NCBI GenBank assembly: GCA_035510735.1
Contig: DATKGN010000013.1
Location: 192,596 to 256,595 of the forward strand
Source: Patescibacteria group bacterium
GTDB taxonomy: Bacteria > Patescibacteriota > Microgenomatia > UBA10105 > UBA927
Length of the DNA stretch: 64,000 nt
Direction of reading: 5' to 3'
Made by a program: the position numbers and the translations under genes. Positions 8,782 to 18,722 of this stretch are shown here, in pieces. The notes beneath the pieces were generated by a model. It saw only the letters and a list, made by a program, of their open reading frames with translations. It did no database searches and was not told where the DNA came from. Position 1 is the stretch's first letter, and each line of letters begins with the position of its first letter.

Positions 8782-9714
8782 ATGAAAACAATACAATTTA
8801 ACGCATATGGTGGCCCCGAAGTGTTAGAATTTCGCGAAGACGCTCAACCCACACTCAAACCCGGACAGGTCCTCATAAAAAATAAAGCCGCAAGCATTAA
8901 TGCAATTGACTGGAAAGTCAGAGCGGGGTTCCTTCAGAAATTTATGCCGGTCACATTTCCCGCCACCATCGGTGGAGATTTCGCCGGCGTTGTCGTCGAA
9001 GTGAATGGAAACGATACCGGATTTAAAGTCGGCGACGAAGTATACGGACAGGCAATCATCTTAAACGGCGGATCAGGCACGATGGCAGAGTTTGTTGCCG
9101 CAAATGGCGCAAATACTGCAAAGAAACCCAAATCAATTAGCTTTAACGAAGCTGGTGCCCTACCGCTAGCCGGCGTCAGCGCAATCCAGGGACTTGAAGA
9201 ACACATTAAACTCAAAAAGGGCCAGAAAATACTTATCCACGGCGGAGCCGGAGGGATCGGGCATATGGCGATCCAGTACGCAAAGTCATTGGGTGCGTAT
9301 GTGGCAACAACAGCAAGCACCAAAGACGTAAAATTTGTGAAAAACTTGGGGGCAGATGAAGTCATAGATTATAAAACCCAAAAATTCGAACTAATCCTGA
9401 AAGATTACGACGCTGTGTTTGATACGGTTGGCGGGGAGACGTTGGATAAATCCTACGATGTCCTCAAAAAAGGCGGAATACTGGTATCTATGGGGCAGGT
9501 CGGAGATGAAACACTTGCCAAGGAACACGAAGTATCTGCCTTTGGACAAATGACCGTCACAGATACGGCACATTTAAATCATCTGACTCAATTAGTGGAG
9601 TCCGGAATCATTAAGGTGCATGTAGACAAAATGTTTCCGCTAATTAAGGCAAAAGAAGCATTTACGTATCAGGAAACAGGCCACCCGCAGGGAAAGGTCG
9701 TCGTCACCATATGA
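8782..9714 (+). CDS. NADP-dependent oxidoreductase (MDR/quinone reductase-like)
   Basis: YGGPEVL, ASINAIDWK, ILIHGGAGGIG, GADEVIDY, GKVVV; start at MKTIQF. Confidence 0.93.
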   Translation: MKTIQFNAYGGPEVLEFREDAQPTLKPGQVLIKNKAASINAIDWKVRAGFLQKFMPVTFPATIGGDFAGVVVEVNGNDTGFKVGDEVYGQAIILNGGSGTMAEFVAANGANTAKKPKSISFNEAGALPLAGVSAIQGLEEHIKLKKGQKILIHGGAGGIGHMAIQYAKSLGAYVATTASTKDVKFVKNLGADEVIDYKTQKFELILKDYDAVFDTVGGETLDKSYDVLKKGGILVSMGQVGDETLAKEHEVSAFGQMTVTDTAHLNHLTQLVESGIIKVHVDKMFPLIKAKEAFTYQETGHPQGKVVVTI

Positions 9715-10307
9715 AAATCCAGATTATCGTAGGGACAACACGACAAGGTCGATTTTCTGAAAAGGCAGCTTCCTATATATTGCAGGAAGCAAAAAAACGA
9801 AAAGAATTTGACGTAGAACTTGTTGATTTACGGGATTACCCGATGCCGTTTTTCGAAGAGCCGATTTCTCCTAAAATGTTTGAAATGACCCACCACGCAT
9901 ACACCAATGAGGTGGTGAAAAAATGGCTAGCCAAAATTTCAGAAGCAGACGGCTACATTATCGTTACGGCTGAATATAACCACGGATATCCGGCGGTCCT
10001 CAAAAACGCCATTGATTTCGGATATAAGGAATGGATCCGCAAATCCGTAGGATTCGTAAGCTACGGTAATTCAGGCGGTGCACGCTCTGTCGAACAGCTG
10101 CGGCAGGTGGTAATCGAATTGGACATGATCCCGATCCGTACGGCAATCCAAATCCCCTTCGACGTCTATATGGCGGTCCGAAATGAAACAGTCCCGGTAA
10201 ACCCTGAACTCTTTGCTCCGTTACGGAAAGGACCTGTCGACCGCGTCGAAGCCTTTTTCACCGATCTTATCTGGACCACAAAAGCCTTAGTCGCGGCACG
10301 AAAGTAA
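9711..10307 (+). CDS. NADPH-dependent FMN reductase
   Basis: IIVGTTRQGR, AEYNHGYPAVLKNAID, GGARSVEQL. Confidence 0.93.
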   Translation: MKIQIIVGTTRQGRFSEKAASYILQEAKKRKEFDVELVDLRDYPMPFFEEPISPKMFEMTHHAYTNEVVKKWLAKISEADGYIIVTAEYNHGYPAVLKNAIDFGYKEWIRKSVGFVSYGNSGGARSVEQLRQVVIELDMIPIRTAIQIPFDVYMAVRNETVPVNPELFAPLRKGPVDRVEAFFTDLIWTTKALVAARK

Positions 10308-10312
10308 TTACC

Positions 10313-10693
10313 ATGGCAGAGTATATACCCGGAGTTTGTAATATTGGGCCCGCCGAGATTGTCCGAAGAAAGAGTGCGGGATGGGTCGGGGTAACGATGA
10401 GCGCCATCCTAGTGCTGCTTTTTCTTCTATTTCATATACCGTCGGTTTATCGCCTGATCATTTTTCTGCCTGCGGCGCTTGCCGCTTCCGGATTTTTGCA
10501 GGCCTATCTCCATTTCTGTGCAGGATTCGGATTTAAAGGAGTCTATAACCTCATGAAACCGGCGGGCCAAACTGAAACGGTTGAAAAAGCGGAATTCAGG
10601 CAAAAAGATAAGGAAAAAGCCCAAAAAATTATGTTTTTTTCACTCCTTATCGGTCTTGTTGTCGCCGGACTTCTGTACTTCCTCCCTTTATAA
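10313..10693 (+). CDS. Conserved membrane protein
   Basis: YIPGVCNIGPAE N-terminus and three TMs; co-oriented with the redox operon. Confidence 0.75.
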   Translation: MAEYIPGVCNIGPAEIVRRKSAGWVGVTMSAILVLLFLLFHIPSVYRLIIFLPAALAASGFLQAYLHFCAGFGFKGVYNLMKPAGQTETVEKAEFRQKDKEKAQKIMFFSLLIGLVVAGLLYFLPL

Positions 10694-10781
10694 TCCTTCA
10701 GAGAGGTAAAACTATTACATCCAGTCGTGTATAAACTTGTGATTGCGACTACTCACTAGTTACGGGTTCGAGTCTCATCCG

Positions 10782-11552
10782 TCACTGTGTTATTTTATGG
10801 TCGACATTCTTAGGCAAATGAACAATATAGTCACTGCGCAAATCATATAGTTCATCAAATGGTTGTATCTGATACGCTCTCATGTCCACCATAAACTCAT
10901 GGTCACGTAGACCCAATTTTTCTACAGCCCGTATAAACCTCGGCGGAAGATCAGATCTTCCTCCAACAAGTTGAGCACTTGAAACACTCACTCCTGATTT
11001 TATGAGTTGTGGAGCAACATCCAAAGAAAGTTCTGGACCCGGAAATGGATTTTTGACTACATGGCCACCCCCAATTAACGTAACTACTTTATTAACCGCA
11101 CGATCTTTAAGCAATGCAGTAAAATTTGAAACCATTATTTTTTCGTAATCCTGCCTACCATTATGTTTTTCCATAGCTATTGGAACCACCTCGACACCCG
11201 CGTGAACCATAGCTCTGACGATTTGTTGATAATAATAGTCGCTATCCGGTCCGAGGCGGGTTGTCGATAGGTCCAGCTCCGGGTCGGTTTTTAATGTATC
11301 GATTACCGCTTTCGAGCTTACCGGGGCTTCTATGACATAGTGAGTAAAACCAAGCTTCTGCAATTCGGAAATATGTGCAATAAGGTGGTCGCCAATACGC
11401 TCATTTCCATGTGTTTCACCGAGCATAAGGACTTTAGACCCATTAACCATTTGAGGGTAGTCTACGGGATGGGCAGCTTTTGATAATTCTTCAGAAGCTT
11501 TAGAGACATTATCCCAAATACTATCGGGCCTTACGGGAAAATCAGATTCCAT
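10782..11552 (-). CDS. EreA/ChaN/TraB-superfamily-like hypothetical protein
   Basis: VLMLGETH, YVIEAP, LIGGGHV match the conserved H/E/H residues of this fold; TATAAT just upstream of ATG 11552. Confidence 0.6.
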   Translation of the reverse strand: MESDFPVRPDSIWDNVSKASEELSKAAHPVDYPQMVNGSKVLMLGETHGNERIGDHLIAHISELQKLGFTHYVIEAPVSSKAVIDTLKTDPELDLSTTRLGPDSDYYYQQIVRAMVHAGVEVVPIAMEKHNGRQDYEKIMVSNFTALLKDRAVNKVVTLIGGGHVVKNPFPGPELSLDVAPQLIKSGVSVSSAQLVGGRSDLPPRFIRAVEKLGLRDHEFMVDMRAYQIQPFDELYDLRSDYIVHLPKNVDHKITQ

Positions 11553-11695
11553 GATCGAATTATAGCGCATGAAAGCCTATAAATTGCAACACGACTGTAC
11601 TCATAACGCATTGATACGTCTTCTTGGAAATATACGGAATCTTCCGAAGGACCTATCACATCTTTTGCTCGGTAAAATGTATAATAATCTTCTCT

Positions 11696-12865
11696 ATGCA
11701 ACACCTCTCGCCGGATCAGGAATTGTGTCTCCGACATATTCTGGAATGGTATAAGAAAGATAAACTCGCCATGCAGTATGTCACCCTCGGTGGATACGCA
11801 GGCACCGGGAAAACGACGCTCATTGCGTTCTTACGGAAAGAGCTCAACAGGATTGATAAAAAACTGAAGGTGGGGTTTGCAAGCTACACCGGGAAAGCCG
11901 CGCGGGTGTTGCAAAGCAAATTAAAAGAGGAGAAGGCGGTCTTAAAACATGACACGGTCGGCACCATCCATTCGCTCATCTATACGCCGATCGTCAATGC
12001 ACGCGAGGAGATTGTCGGATGGAAGCAGAAGGAAAAAATTGAGTGTGATCTCATCATCATCGACGAGGCATCGATGGTTGATAGCATCATCTGGGAGCAT
12101 CTCCTCTCCTACCTAAAACCCATTGTGGTTGTCGGCGATCACGGACAACTGCCGCCGGTCAAAGGCAACTTCAACCTCATGGAGAAACCCGACGTGACAC
12201 TTGTTGAGATCCACCGGCAGGCGAAGCACAATCCCATTATTGAGGTATCCATCCAGGCACGCGTGGCGGGAGAAATACGTGTCGGCCGCTATTCGGACAC
12301 GGTAATTAAATTTGACAGAAATGAAAGTGAAACGGGAGAACGGATGACGGAACTGCTCAACAGCTATACGAGCGATACGCTTATTTTGTGCGGGTACAAT
12401 ACGACGCGGAAACGGCTCAATGCATACATCAGAAGCTCTCTTGGTTTTGAGTCCCCTACTCCCGTAAGCGGCGACCGCGTCATCTGTTTGCGGAACAATC
12501 ATAAAGCGAAAATTTATAACGGGATGCTGGGAACCATCCTCCGGATCGAACGGAAAAATGACCAGTGGTACACGGCAGATATCGCCATGGACGGCTCAGA
12601 ATTGAACTATTCCGGCCAGATTTCCGTCGCGCAATTTAATGCAGATACAGCACTTAACTTCACCGAGAACCGGCGCCTCATCATGGGCGGCGATTTATTT
12701 GATTTCGGCTATGCACTCACGGTGCATAAAGCGCAGGGCAGCCAAGCCAAGCGAGTGGTCCTATTTGAAGAGCGGTTCAAGAAAATGGACGATGACCAGT
12801 GGCGGAGGTGGCTCTATACGGCGGTGACGCGGGCCGAAGAAGAGCTCTACATTTTCCCGTCATAG
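11696..12865 (+). CDS. RecD-like SF1B helicase (ExoV alpha/Dda-like)
   Basis: GYAGTGKT, IIDEASM, GDHGQLPPV, EIHRQA, YALTVHKAQGSQ, WLYTAVTRA. Confidence 0.93.
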   Translation: MQHLSPDQELCLRHILEWYKKDKLAMQYVTLGGYAGTGKTTLIAFLRKELNRIDKKLKVGFASYTGKAARVLQSKLKEEKAVLKHDTVGTIHSLIYTPIVNAREEIVGWKQKEKIECDLIIIDEASMVDSIIWEHLLSYLKPIVVVGDHGQLPPVKGNFNLMEKPDVTLVEIHRQAKHNPIIEVSIQARVAGEIRVGRYSDTVIKFDRNESETGERMTELLNSYTSDTLILCGYNTTRKRLNAYIRSSLGFESPTPVSGDRVICLRNNHKAKIYNGMLGTILRIERKNDQWYTADIAMDGSELNYSGQISVAQFNADTALNFTENRRLIMGGDLFDFGYALTVHKAQGSQAKRVVLFEERFKKMDDDQWRRWLYTAVTRAEEELYIFPS

Positions 12866-12893
12866 GAATTTAGCGAAAATCTAGTCTCATTGA

Positions 12894-13637
12894 TCACTCA
12901 AGGATGCCTCTGCGGCGTTGGCGAATTTTGAGTGTCTCATTCAGTTCAGAGAGCACCAGACCGGCAAAAAGAGGCTCCTGTTGAAGTATTTCAATTAATG
13001 CTTTTTGAATGGAAAGATGAGTGGATGCATCCTCTGTGAAAAGAGGCCTTCCATTAAACGCGATGCTCATACTTGCTGCGTCATATTTGATTTCGGATGC
13101 ATACTCATGAATTTCATCGAGATGTCCGTCGCCACGAAAAAGATCAGCGTCGTGTTGAGACTGATCTACCGTGTGATATGTCACATGACCTTCATTCCTA
13201 TTTTGCCAGCGATCAATGAGCTCGTAGTTCCAGTCATAGAGAGCAAACTCTTGGATATAATCAACATGTTGTTCCCCAAAAAGATATAGATCAAAATCCG
13301 CGTTCACAACGTCATCGTAGATCATCGATCCGTAGACAAGAGGGACAACTCCATGTCTTTGTAGCATGCGGTGTTTCGGCTCAAAGAAATCCGTGAGTAT
13401 CTTCCATCCGATCGGCACTTCTGAGTGTTTAGCCTGTTCAGGCGGGATTGAATATTTTTGAAGTTGATCTGCTACAGAGTGAATGTTCTCAAGAGTATCA
13501 GGTTTTTGCATGAGACGGGCATACTCTTCCAACCGATCTACGTCAACACTCCCCCCATCAAGGACGCCCCGAAAGAACGCCCGATATGGAGGGGCGAACG
13601 TATTTAAATACTCTGAACCGGCTTCAGGGTGTGGCAT
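12894..13637 (-). CDS. Orphan protein with a Pol-beta-type nucleotidyltransferase motif
   Basis: LVYGSMIYDDVVNADFDLYLF fits hGS-x(8)-DhDh; leaderless promoter. Confidence 0.55.
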   Translation of the reverse strand: MPHPEAGSEYLNTFAPPYRAFFRGVLDGGSVDVDRLEEYARLMQKPDTLENIHSVADQLQKYSIPPEQAKHSEVPIGWKILTDFFEPKHRMLQRHGVVPLVYGSMIYDDVVNADFDLYLFGEQHVDYIQEFALYDWNYELIDRWQNRNEGHVTYHTVDQSQHDADLFRGDGHLDEIHEYASEIKYDAASMSIAFNGRPLFTEDASTHLSIQKALIEILQQEPLFAGLVLSELNETLKIRQRRRGILE

Positions 13638-13697
13638 CGGGCTATTATACCAAGCTAAATACGTATGGTCAAATTACTACAGGATATCATCAATATA

Positions 13698-14292
13698 TTC
13701 CACCTCGGAGGGTGGGAGTAAAATTCGAGGCTAAAAACGCGTAACTTATAGAGGAAATTTTTCCGCTTCAGTGGCTGGATGTGCAATCGGTGATTCTCTC
13801 AGGACTTTAACGACTGCCTCTAATACTTCCACACGTAAATCGAGATTTTCGGGATCTGTGTATATCCACGTCGTAAACTTTTCCAAAGCAGACTCTGGTT
13901 CTGCTGCAGAAGATTTATTAACCCGTGACAATATCATTGAGCGTTCGGGGGACAATGGTTTTGGCGCATATTCATCCAAGCTCATATCTATATACCGGAC
14001 AAATTCGGCCAGCGCGTGGCCCATCTCGTTCGAATGTATATCCGTTGACCCAACGCGAATGGATCCTTTTGCATCGACAACAACCCCGTTAAAAAGTTCG
14101 CCGAGAAGTTGCGGCGGTTTGTCGATAGCGATAATACGAAGGTCTTTATCGAGCGGTTCGCCAACTAATACTCCTTCAGGGTAAGTCATAATTGCACATT
14201 ATAGTAATTTACGATTAATTTGTAAACTATGAGTTATTCCGACATAAATAAAGAATCTTCCACCCCGGAGACGGGAGTAAAAAACGAGGCTA
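13698..14292. repeat. Imperfect direct repeats (13698-13733 and 14258-14292) flanking an orphan gene
   Basis: TTCCACCTCGGAGGGTGGGAGTAAAATTCGAGGCTA versus TTCCACCCCGGAGAC-GGGAGTAAAAAACGAGGCTA (30/36). Confidence 0.8.
13746..14189 (-). CDS. Hypothetical protein
   Basis: 147-aa ORF with TATAAT 8 nt upstream of the ATG. Confidence 0.7.
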   Translation of the reverse strand: MTYPEGVLVGEPLDKDLRIIAIDKPPQLLGELFNGVVVDAKGSIRVGSTDIHSNEMGHALAEFVRYIDMSLDEYAPKPLSPERSMILSRVNKSSAAEPESALEKFTTWIYTDPENLDLRVEVLEAVVKVLRESPIAHPATEAEKFPL

Positions 14293-14384
14293 TTTCACCA
14301 CCGTTCTTTTGAAGACGCGCCCCTTCTTATCGTACGTGATCCTCCGCAACGAAAGAAGCATCGATTCGCGGCGTTTGATCATTG

Positions 14385-15305
14385 TTATTGGAGGAACAGC
14401 GTGACCATGAGGGGAATATAAAATAGGGCAAACAACGTGCTTAAGAGAACGGTTACAGCAACTTTCTCAGGATGAGATTTGAGAAGTGTTGCGAATGCTA
14501 CTCCGTTTGCGGCAAGGGGTACCACGGATAATAAAATGAGTATGTGATAGATATCCGCGTTGTAGATTTTAAGAAACGTACTATCCAACAACACGAGACC
14601 ACATATGAGAAGCGGCCACACGAAGAATCGGGCGAGAAATGATAAACTGATAAATTTGAAATCAAATTTCCATTCGGTGATCCCCGTCAACCCCAATCCA
14701 ATGAGCATCATGCCTAAAATCGTGTAGGCGCCTTTGAAATTAGAAACAACGTCAGCGTAGATGGAACCGAAACGGACACCGATAAGATTACACACGAAAC
14801 CTACCATGACGGCATAAATAATCGGCAGGGAAAATAATTTTTTGAGACTATCTTTGACGGTGTAGTTGCCCCGTGCCGCAATAAAAACCCCCAACGTGTT
14901 TTCATACACCAGAATTCCGAGTGCGGTAAAGATATAGAGTCCGATGATGTGGTTCGGAAGGAGGAGCATCGCGACCGGCAACCCGAAGTAGCCGCTGTTG
15001 CCATCACCGGAGATAAATGCCAGCATGTTTCGCGTTGAATCTTTCCAAAACAGACTGCCGATGCCGTAAAACAGAAGACATATGATGCAGCTGATTGCGA
15101 ATATCACAATCGGCAACGATATGCTGCTTGCCGTTATGGTTGTTGTGTATATTCCGTTGAAGAAAACTACTGGGGTAACCAAATAAATGACAATCGCGGC
15201 AACCGATTCTTTTTTGACCCCCAGATATTTCCCCGCGATAAACCCGAGGAGAATCGTTATGTACAAGGGGATAAGCTTATAGAGGAGCGATAAAAATATC
15301 GGCAT
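14385..15305 (-). CDS. AEC (auxin efflux carrier)-family transporter
   Basis: About 10 TMs in two repeats, GNSGYFGLP motif. Confidence 0.9.
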   Translation of the reverse strand: MPIFLSLLYKLIPLYITILLGFIAGKYLGVKKESVAAIVIYLVTPVVFFNGIYTTTITASSISLPIVIFAISCIICLLFYGIGSLFWKDSTRNMLAFISGDGNSGYFGLPVAMLLLPNHIIGLYIFTALGILVYENTLGVFIAARGNYTVKDSLKKLFSLPIIYAVMVGFVCNLIGVRFGSIYADVVSNFKGAYTILGMMLIGLGLTGITEWKFDFKFISLSFLARFFVWPLLICGLVLLDSTFLKIYNADIYHILILLSVVPLAANGVAFATLLKSHPEKVAVTVLLSTLFALFYIPLMVTLFLQ

Positions 15306-15375
15306 AGAATGAGTTGAGTACTAGTATAGTTCATGCGATTTATAATGGGAAATCATTTCACGGACGGCACTCACC

Positions 15376-16404
15376 CTATTTCACCGCAGTTAATACGCCC
15401 ATATACGCATGTTCTTTCACTTGTTGTCCTAAAGCGGGATCAGGGTGACCGGTCAGTATGTCAAAGCCGTACAAATATTCTGTTCCCGGTTTTTGTTGTC
15501 CTTGCGCTTGGCCGGTATATGTGTCATCTAATAATCTCACCGTCACGTTCGTAAATCCAAGACCTGTCATCGCTTCATACGCGATCCGGTGAGAGTCTGC
15601 GATAGAATCGATAACGTCAGGTTCAAACCCTAATTCTTTTTGTGCGCGTAAAAATACAAAATTGTGTTGCAAAGATTGGATCTCTTTATCTGCTGTTATT
15701 CGTGTTGTGAACGCCCGTTTCCAGGGTTCCTGAAGATCCATATAGGCAAACCAGAATTCTTTGAGCAATGGCGGCTGTTTATTGCCAAAGACGACCGCCT
15801 GCTCGCGGGTCATCGAAATATAGTAACTGTGAGTAAGATCTTCGTAAGGAAAAAACGGTAATAATATTTTATCTGCATACCGTTTATACAAAATATATTC
15901 ATCCGGTAACAGGTCGGTGAGTATCACGAGCGGACCTCCCGGCTGTAACACCCGGTGAATCTCTGACAGGGGCGGGGCAATGGGTTCAAACTGGTCAAGT
16001 AAATTAAGACTTACGATGGCCTCCTGTGAATTATCGGGTATGTTTAAGCTATTGAGATCTAAATGCAGAACCGGAGCGCGGTCCCCAAGGTGTTTCCGGA
16101 CACGCTCCGTGTCAATATCAGAGTAGGTTATGGTAAGAGACTTACCTGCTGCTTCCACTAATCGATGAAAAGCTCCGGTCCCGGTTCCCAGCTCCAACAC
16201 GCGTTTTTCTTCTAATCTCATTTCCTCTATCACCTGCCCGACGATTTTACCCCTGGCTCTCAATGCATATGATCGGTCCAAATCACCCCGAATCAATGCT
16301 TCCTCTGGTGTTATTCTTCCTATATCTCCGACGGAGCCGAATCGTTTCAGGCCATACTCAATTGCCTCTTCGATTTGTTTCCTATATCCGAATTGTTCCT
16401 GCAT
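15376..16404 (-). CDS. Class I SAM-dependent methyltransferase with C-terminal extension
   Basis: VLELGTGTG, YSDID, EIHRVLQPGG. Confidence 0.85.
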   Translation of the reverse strand: MQEQFGYRKQIEEAIEYGLKRFGSVGDIGRITPEEALIRGDLDRSYALRARGKIVGQVIEEMRLEEKRVLELGTGTGAFHRLVEAAGKSLTITYSDIDTERVRKHLGDRAPVLHLDLNSLNIPDNSQEAIVSLNLLDQFEPIAPPLSEIHRVLQPGGPLVILTDLLPDEYILYKRYADKILLPFFPYEDLTHSYYISMTREQAVVFGNKQPPLLKEFWFAYMDLQEPWKRAFTTRITADKEIQSLQHNFVFLRAQKELGFEPDVIDSIADSHRIAYEAMTGLGFTNVTVRLLDDTYTGQAQGQQKPGTEYLYGFDILTGHPDPALGQQVKEHAYMGVLTAVK

Positions 16405-16576
16405 ATGTGCAGACTAATTATAGCACAAGAATAGAGATTTAGACCGTTATAATGCTCTAAATTACGGTATGAATTACTTTTGTAAATTCATTCCGGGCAT
16501 ATTCCTTGCCGCCGGGAAATAAGCGGTGGGGCATGGGTGTATAATTAGCCTCAAAACTCACCAAGGGGTAGCATAT

Positions 16577-17011
16577 ATGGCTAGTAATGCAGAAAGAAGA
16601 TCCGGGGCGGCTTTGCATATTGTGACAGATATTAGTGCTGCAGTGAACGGGGCATGTATCGGAGCCGGAATAGCCTTGAACGAGCCTTTATTGATAATCT
16701 TAGGATCAGGGTTGGCTATCCAAGGAGGACACGTGGTATTTATCTATCATCATTTCAACGAAAAAATAGATAAAATGAGTCATGACTTTGATAGAAGAAT
16801 GGATGAAATGAATCAAAGAGTTGATGAGCTGGCACATAAATTAGATGAACATGAACATAATTCTACGATTGTGTTTCAAGACGGCGAGCCCGTTGAACCG
16901 AATCCCGACACCGCCACTCAGGATGAGATTAATACTTATAAAACAGCTGTTCTCAATGCCGGCTTCACCCCGCCGAATGAGTCAAATAATAATGAAACAC
17001 CTCACCAATAG
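16577..17011 (+). CDS. Hypothetical membrane protein with coiled coil
   Basis: Two hydrophobic helices then heptad-like FDRRMDEMNQRVDEL; GGGG Shine-Dalgarno-like sequence before ATG 16577. Confidence 0.65.
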   Translation: MASNAERRSGAALHIVTDISAAVNGACIGAGIALNEPLLIILGSGLAIQGGHVVFIYHHFNEKIDKMSHDFDRRMDEMNQRVDELAHKLDEHEHNSTIVFQDGEPVEPNPDTATQDEINTYKTAVLNAGFTPPNESNNNETPHQ

Positions 17012-17064
17012 CGAAAGAAGCGGTGGGCGTGAGGTGTATAATGGCGCTATTCACTACCTGACGT

Positions 17065-17937
17065 ATGCCGATTGAAAATCCAGCGCAGTACCACGAATCC
17101 GGTCCGATGCGGATAGAAGGCTTGTTTGAACCCTCCGCGTTTGAGGCGTTTGATTTGGTTGATTTTGGCGACTCCCCTTTTCCTCTCGTAATCGGACTGG
17201 TAAGGTGGCCTTCGGGCACCAGGATAAAAGCATCCTGCATAGAGGGAGGTTATCCTCTAGCAGAAATCTCGAAAGTCCACGATCTCGACCGAACTCACCG
17301 ATTTACGGGTCCTGTCATCTCTTCACAGGAGCCCGCGGAGCCGGGCGTTGTCATGGCCCATGTGAAGTACGCGCCGGGAACAGACGTCTATATCATCAAG
17401 GAGGGTTACGACGGCAAATGCGGCATCTATGATGTACACGTCAATCCGTTTGGCTATATAGATGAGGAAGACGCAGCATTACGCGCGGAAGCTCTCAATC
17501 ACATGCAGGAACGGGACACCCTTCAGGCGCGGCTTGCAAAATCTAAGAACGATTTAGAGATTGCAAGAATTCTGCTTTCCGGTCAGGAGTTTGATATAGA
17601 ACATAATCAGAAAGAGATCGAAGATTTAACAAGAAGAATCGCTGAGTTGGAATTAAACGGCGGTATAAAGGATCAAACACAGGTTGACCTCTCGGTCCTC
17701 GGACTACGCGGTGTCGGCTTCAATGAACTGGCTGGCGCGGATCAAGCGGAACTATTGTCGGCAATTGAGAAAGAATTGTACCGGTCTCTTCACCCCGACC
17801 GTTTCGGCGGTTTAGGGCGCGATGTCAGTCACCTTCAGGATGCGGCGACAAAGATCATTCAGCTGAAAATCGCCGCCATCGGGAGGTTACGAAACAGATA
17901 CGCGATACGAAAATACGATCCGCCCCATTCGTATTAA
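17065..17937 (+). CDS. Hypothetical protein with coiled coil and C-terminal J-domain-like region
   Basis: LSVLGL...ELYRSLHPDRFGG...AATKIIQ (HPD motif in helical context). Confidence 0.55.
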   Translation: MPIENPAQYHESGPMRIEGLFEPSAFEAFDLVDFGDSPFPLVIGLVRWPSGTRIKASCIEGGYPLAEISKVHDLDRTHRFTGPVISSQEPAEPGVVMAHVKYAPGTDVYIIKEGYDGKCGIYDVHVNPFGYIDEEDAALRAEALNHMQERDTLQARLAKSKNDLEIARILLSGQEFDIEHNQKEIEDLTRRIAELELNGGIKDQTQVDLSVLGLRGVGFNELAGADQAELLSAIEKELYRSLHPDRFGGLGRDVSHLQDAATKIIQLKIAAIGRLRNRYAIRKYDPPHSY

Positions 17938-18027
17938 ATCCATTTCGAAAAGTAGAAAACGGTAAGTTTGGGTGTATAATGGCTCTGAAAAGGGCATAAA
18001 GAAAAAATAACAATACATAAAAATATT

Positions 18028-18546
18028 ATGCAAAGCATTAATCAGACGCAAGCTGCTATTGCTAAATATCAAGTTGCAATAAATAAAAATATCTCTGAAA
18101 GTGAAATTCTTTGGAACCGATACAACGCTCTATTAGTTTTTAATTCAATACTCATAACGGCGATAGGATTTTCATATCAGGGGAACTTAAACCTACCATT
18201 ACTTGTGGTTGCCAGCTTGCCAATCGCGGGGCTTCTGTCGTGCTATTTGTGGTTTATCGTCACACTTCGCGGTTTTCAGTGGATAAAATTCTGGACAGTT
18301 ACAGCTAGAAAGATCGAAGAAAAATATCTACCTGATGATAATCCTATTTTAAATCCGATAAATAATGGCAAAAATCATAGGGAGGATGTTGTTGGGTGGC
18401 CTAAAACTCAAATAGCATCTTATATATTAATTTTGGTAACAGCTATTTTGTATCTTATTTTTTTAGCCAATCTACTGAATACAAAATCGTTTCACAAAAA
18501 TATTTTTCATTCACAACAACGAACAATGCACCGGTATATTAAATAG
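18028..18546 (+). CDS. Three-TM membrane protein, RipA/octameric-pore-like
   Basis: LWNRYNALLVFNSILITA, two TMs, W...KIEE amphipathic helix, third TM; AT-rich. Confidence 0.5.
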   Translation: MQSINQTQAAIAKYQVAINKNISESEILWNRYNALLVFNSILITAIGFSYQGNLNLPLLVVASLPIAGLLSCYLWFIVTLRGFQWIKFWTVTARKIEEKYLPDDNPILNPINNGKNHREDVVGWPKTQIASYILILVTAILYLIFLANLLNTKSFHKNIFHSQQRTMHRYIK

Positions 18547-18722
18547 TGTTACTTTTTGTTAGACCCTCTAGGTAGGTTTCTACTTCACACCCTTCGTAAT
18601 CGCTCCTCCGTGGGATCAAAGTACAAGAGAAATTAAAGCTTTAGCTTGTCGCGAATGGTATAATTGCGCTGAAGTAATAATTGAACTGCGACTCTATATC
18701 GGTCTCTAATTTACTATATTAC

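Noticed and set aside
10762-10781. tRNA-like T-arm (ACGGGTTCGAGTCTC)
   Set aside because: No cloverleaf, anticodon arm or acceptor stem can be built; at most a degraded fragment.
16480-16535. Possible seventh ABC 3'-end relic (TATTTCCCGGCGGCAAGG on the minus strand)
   Set aside because: The similarity is too short and gapped to distinguish from chance.
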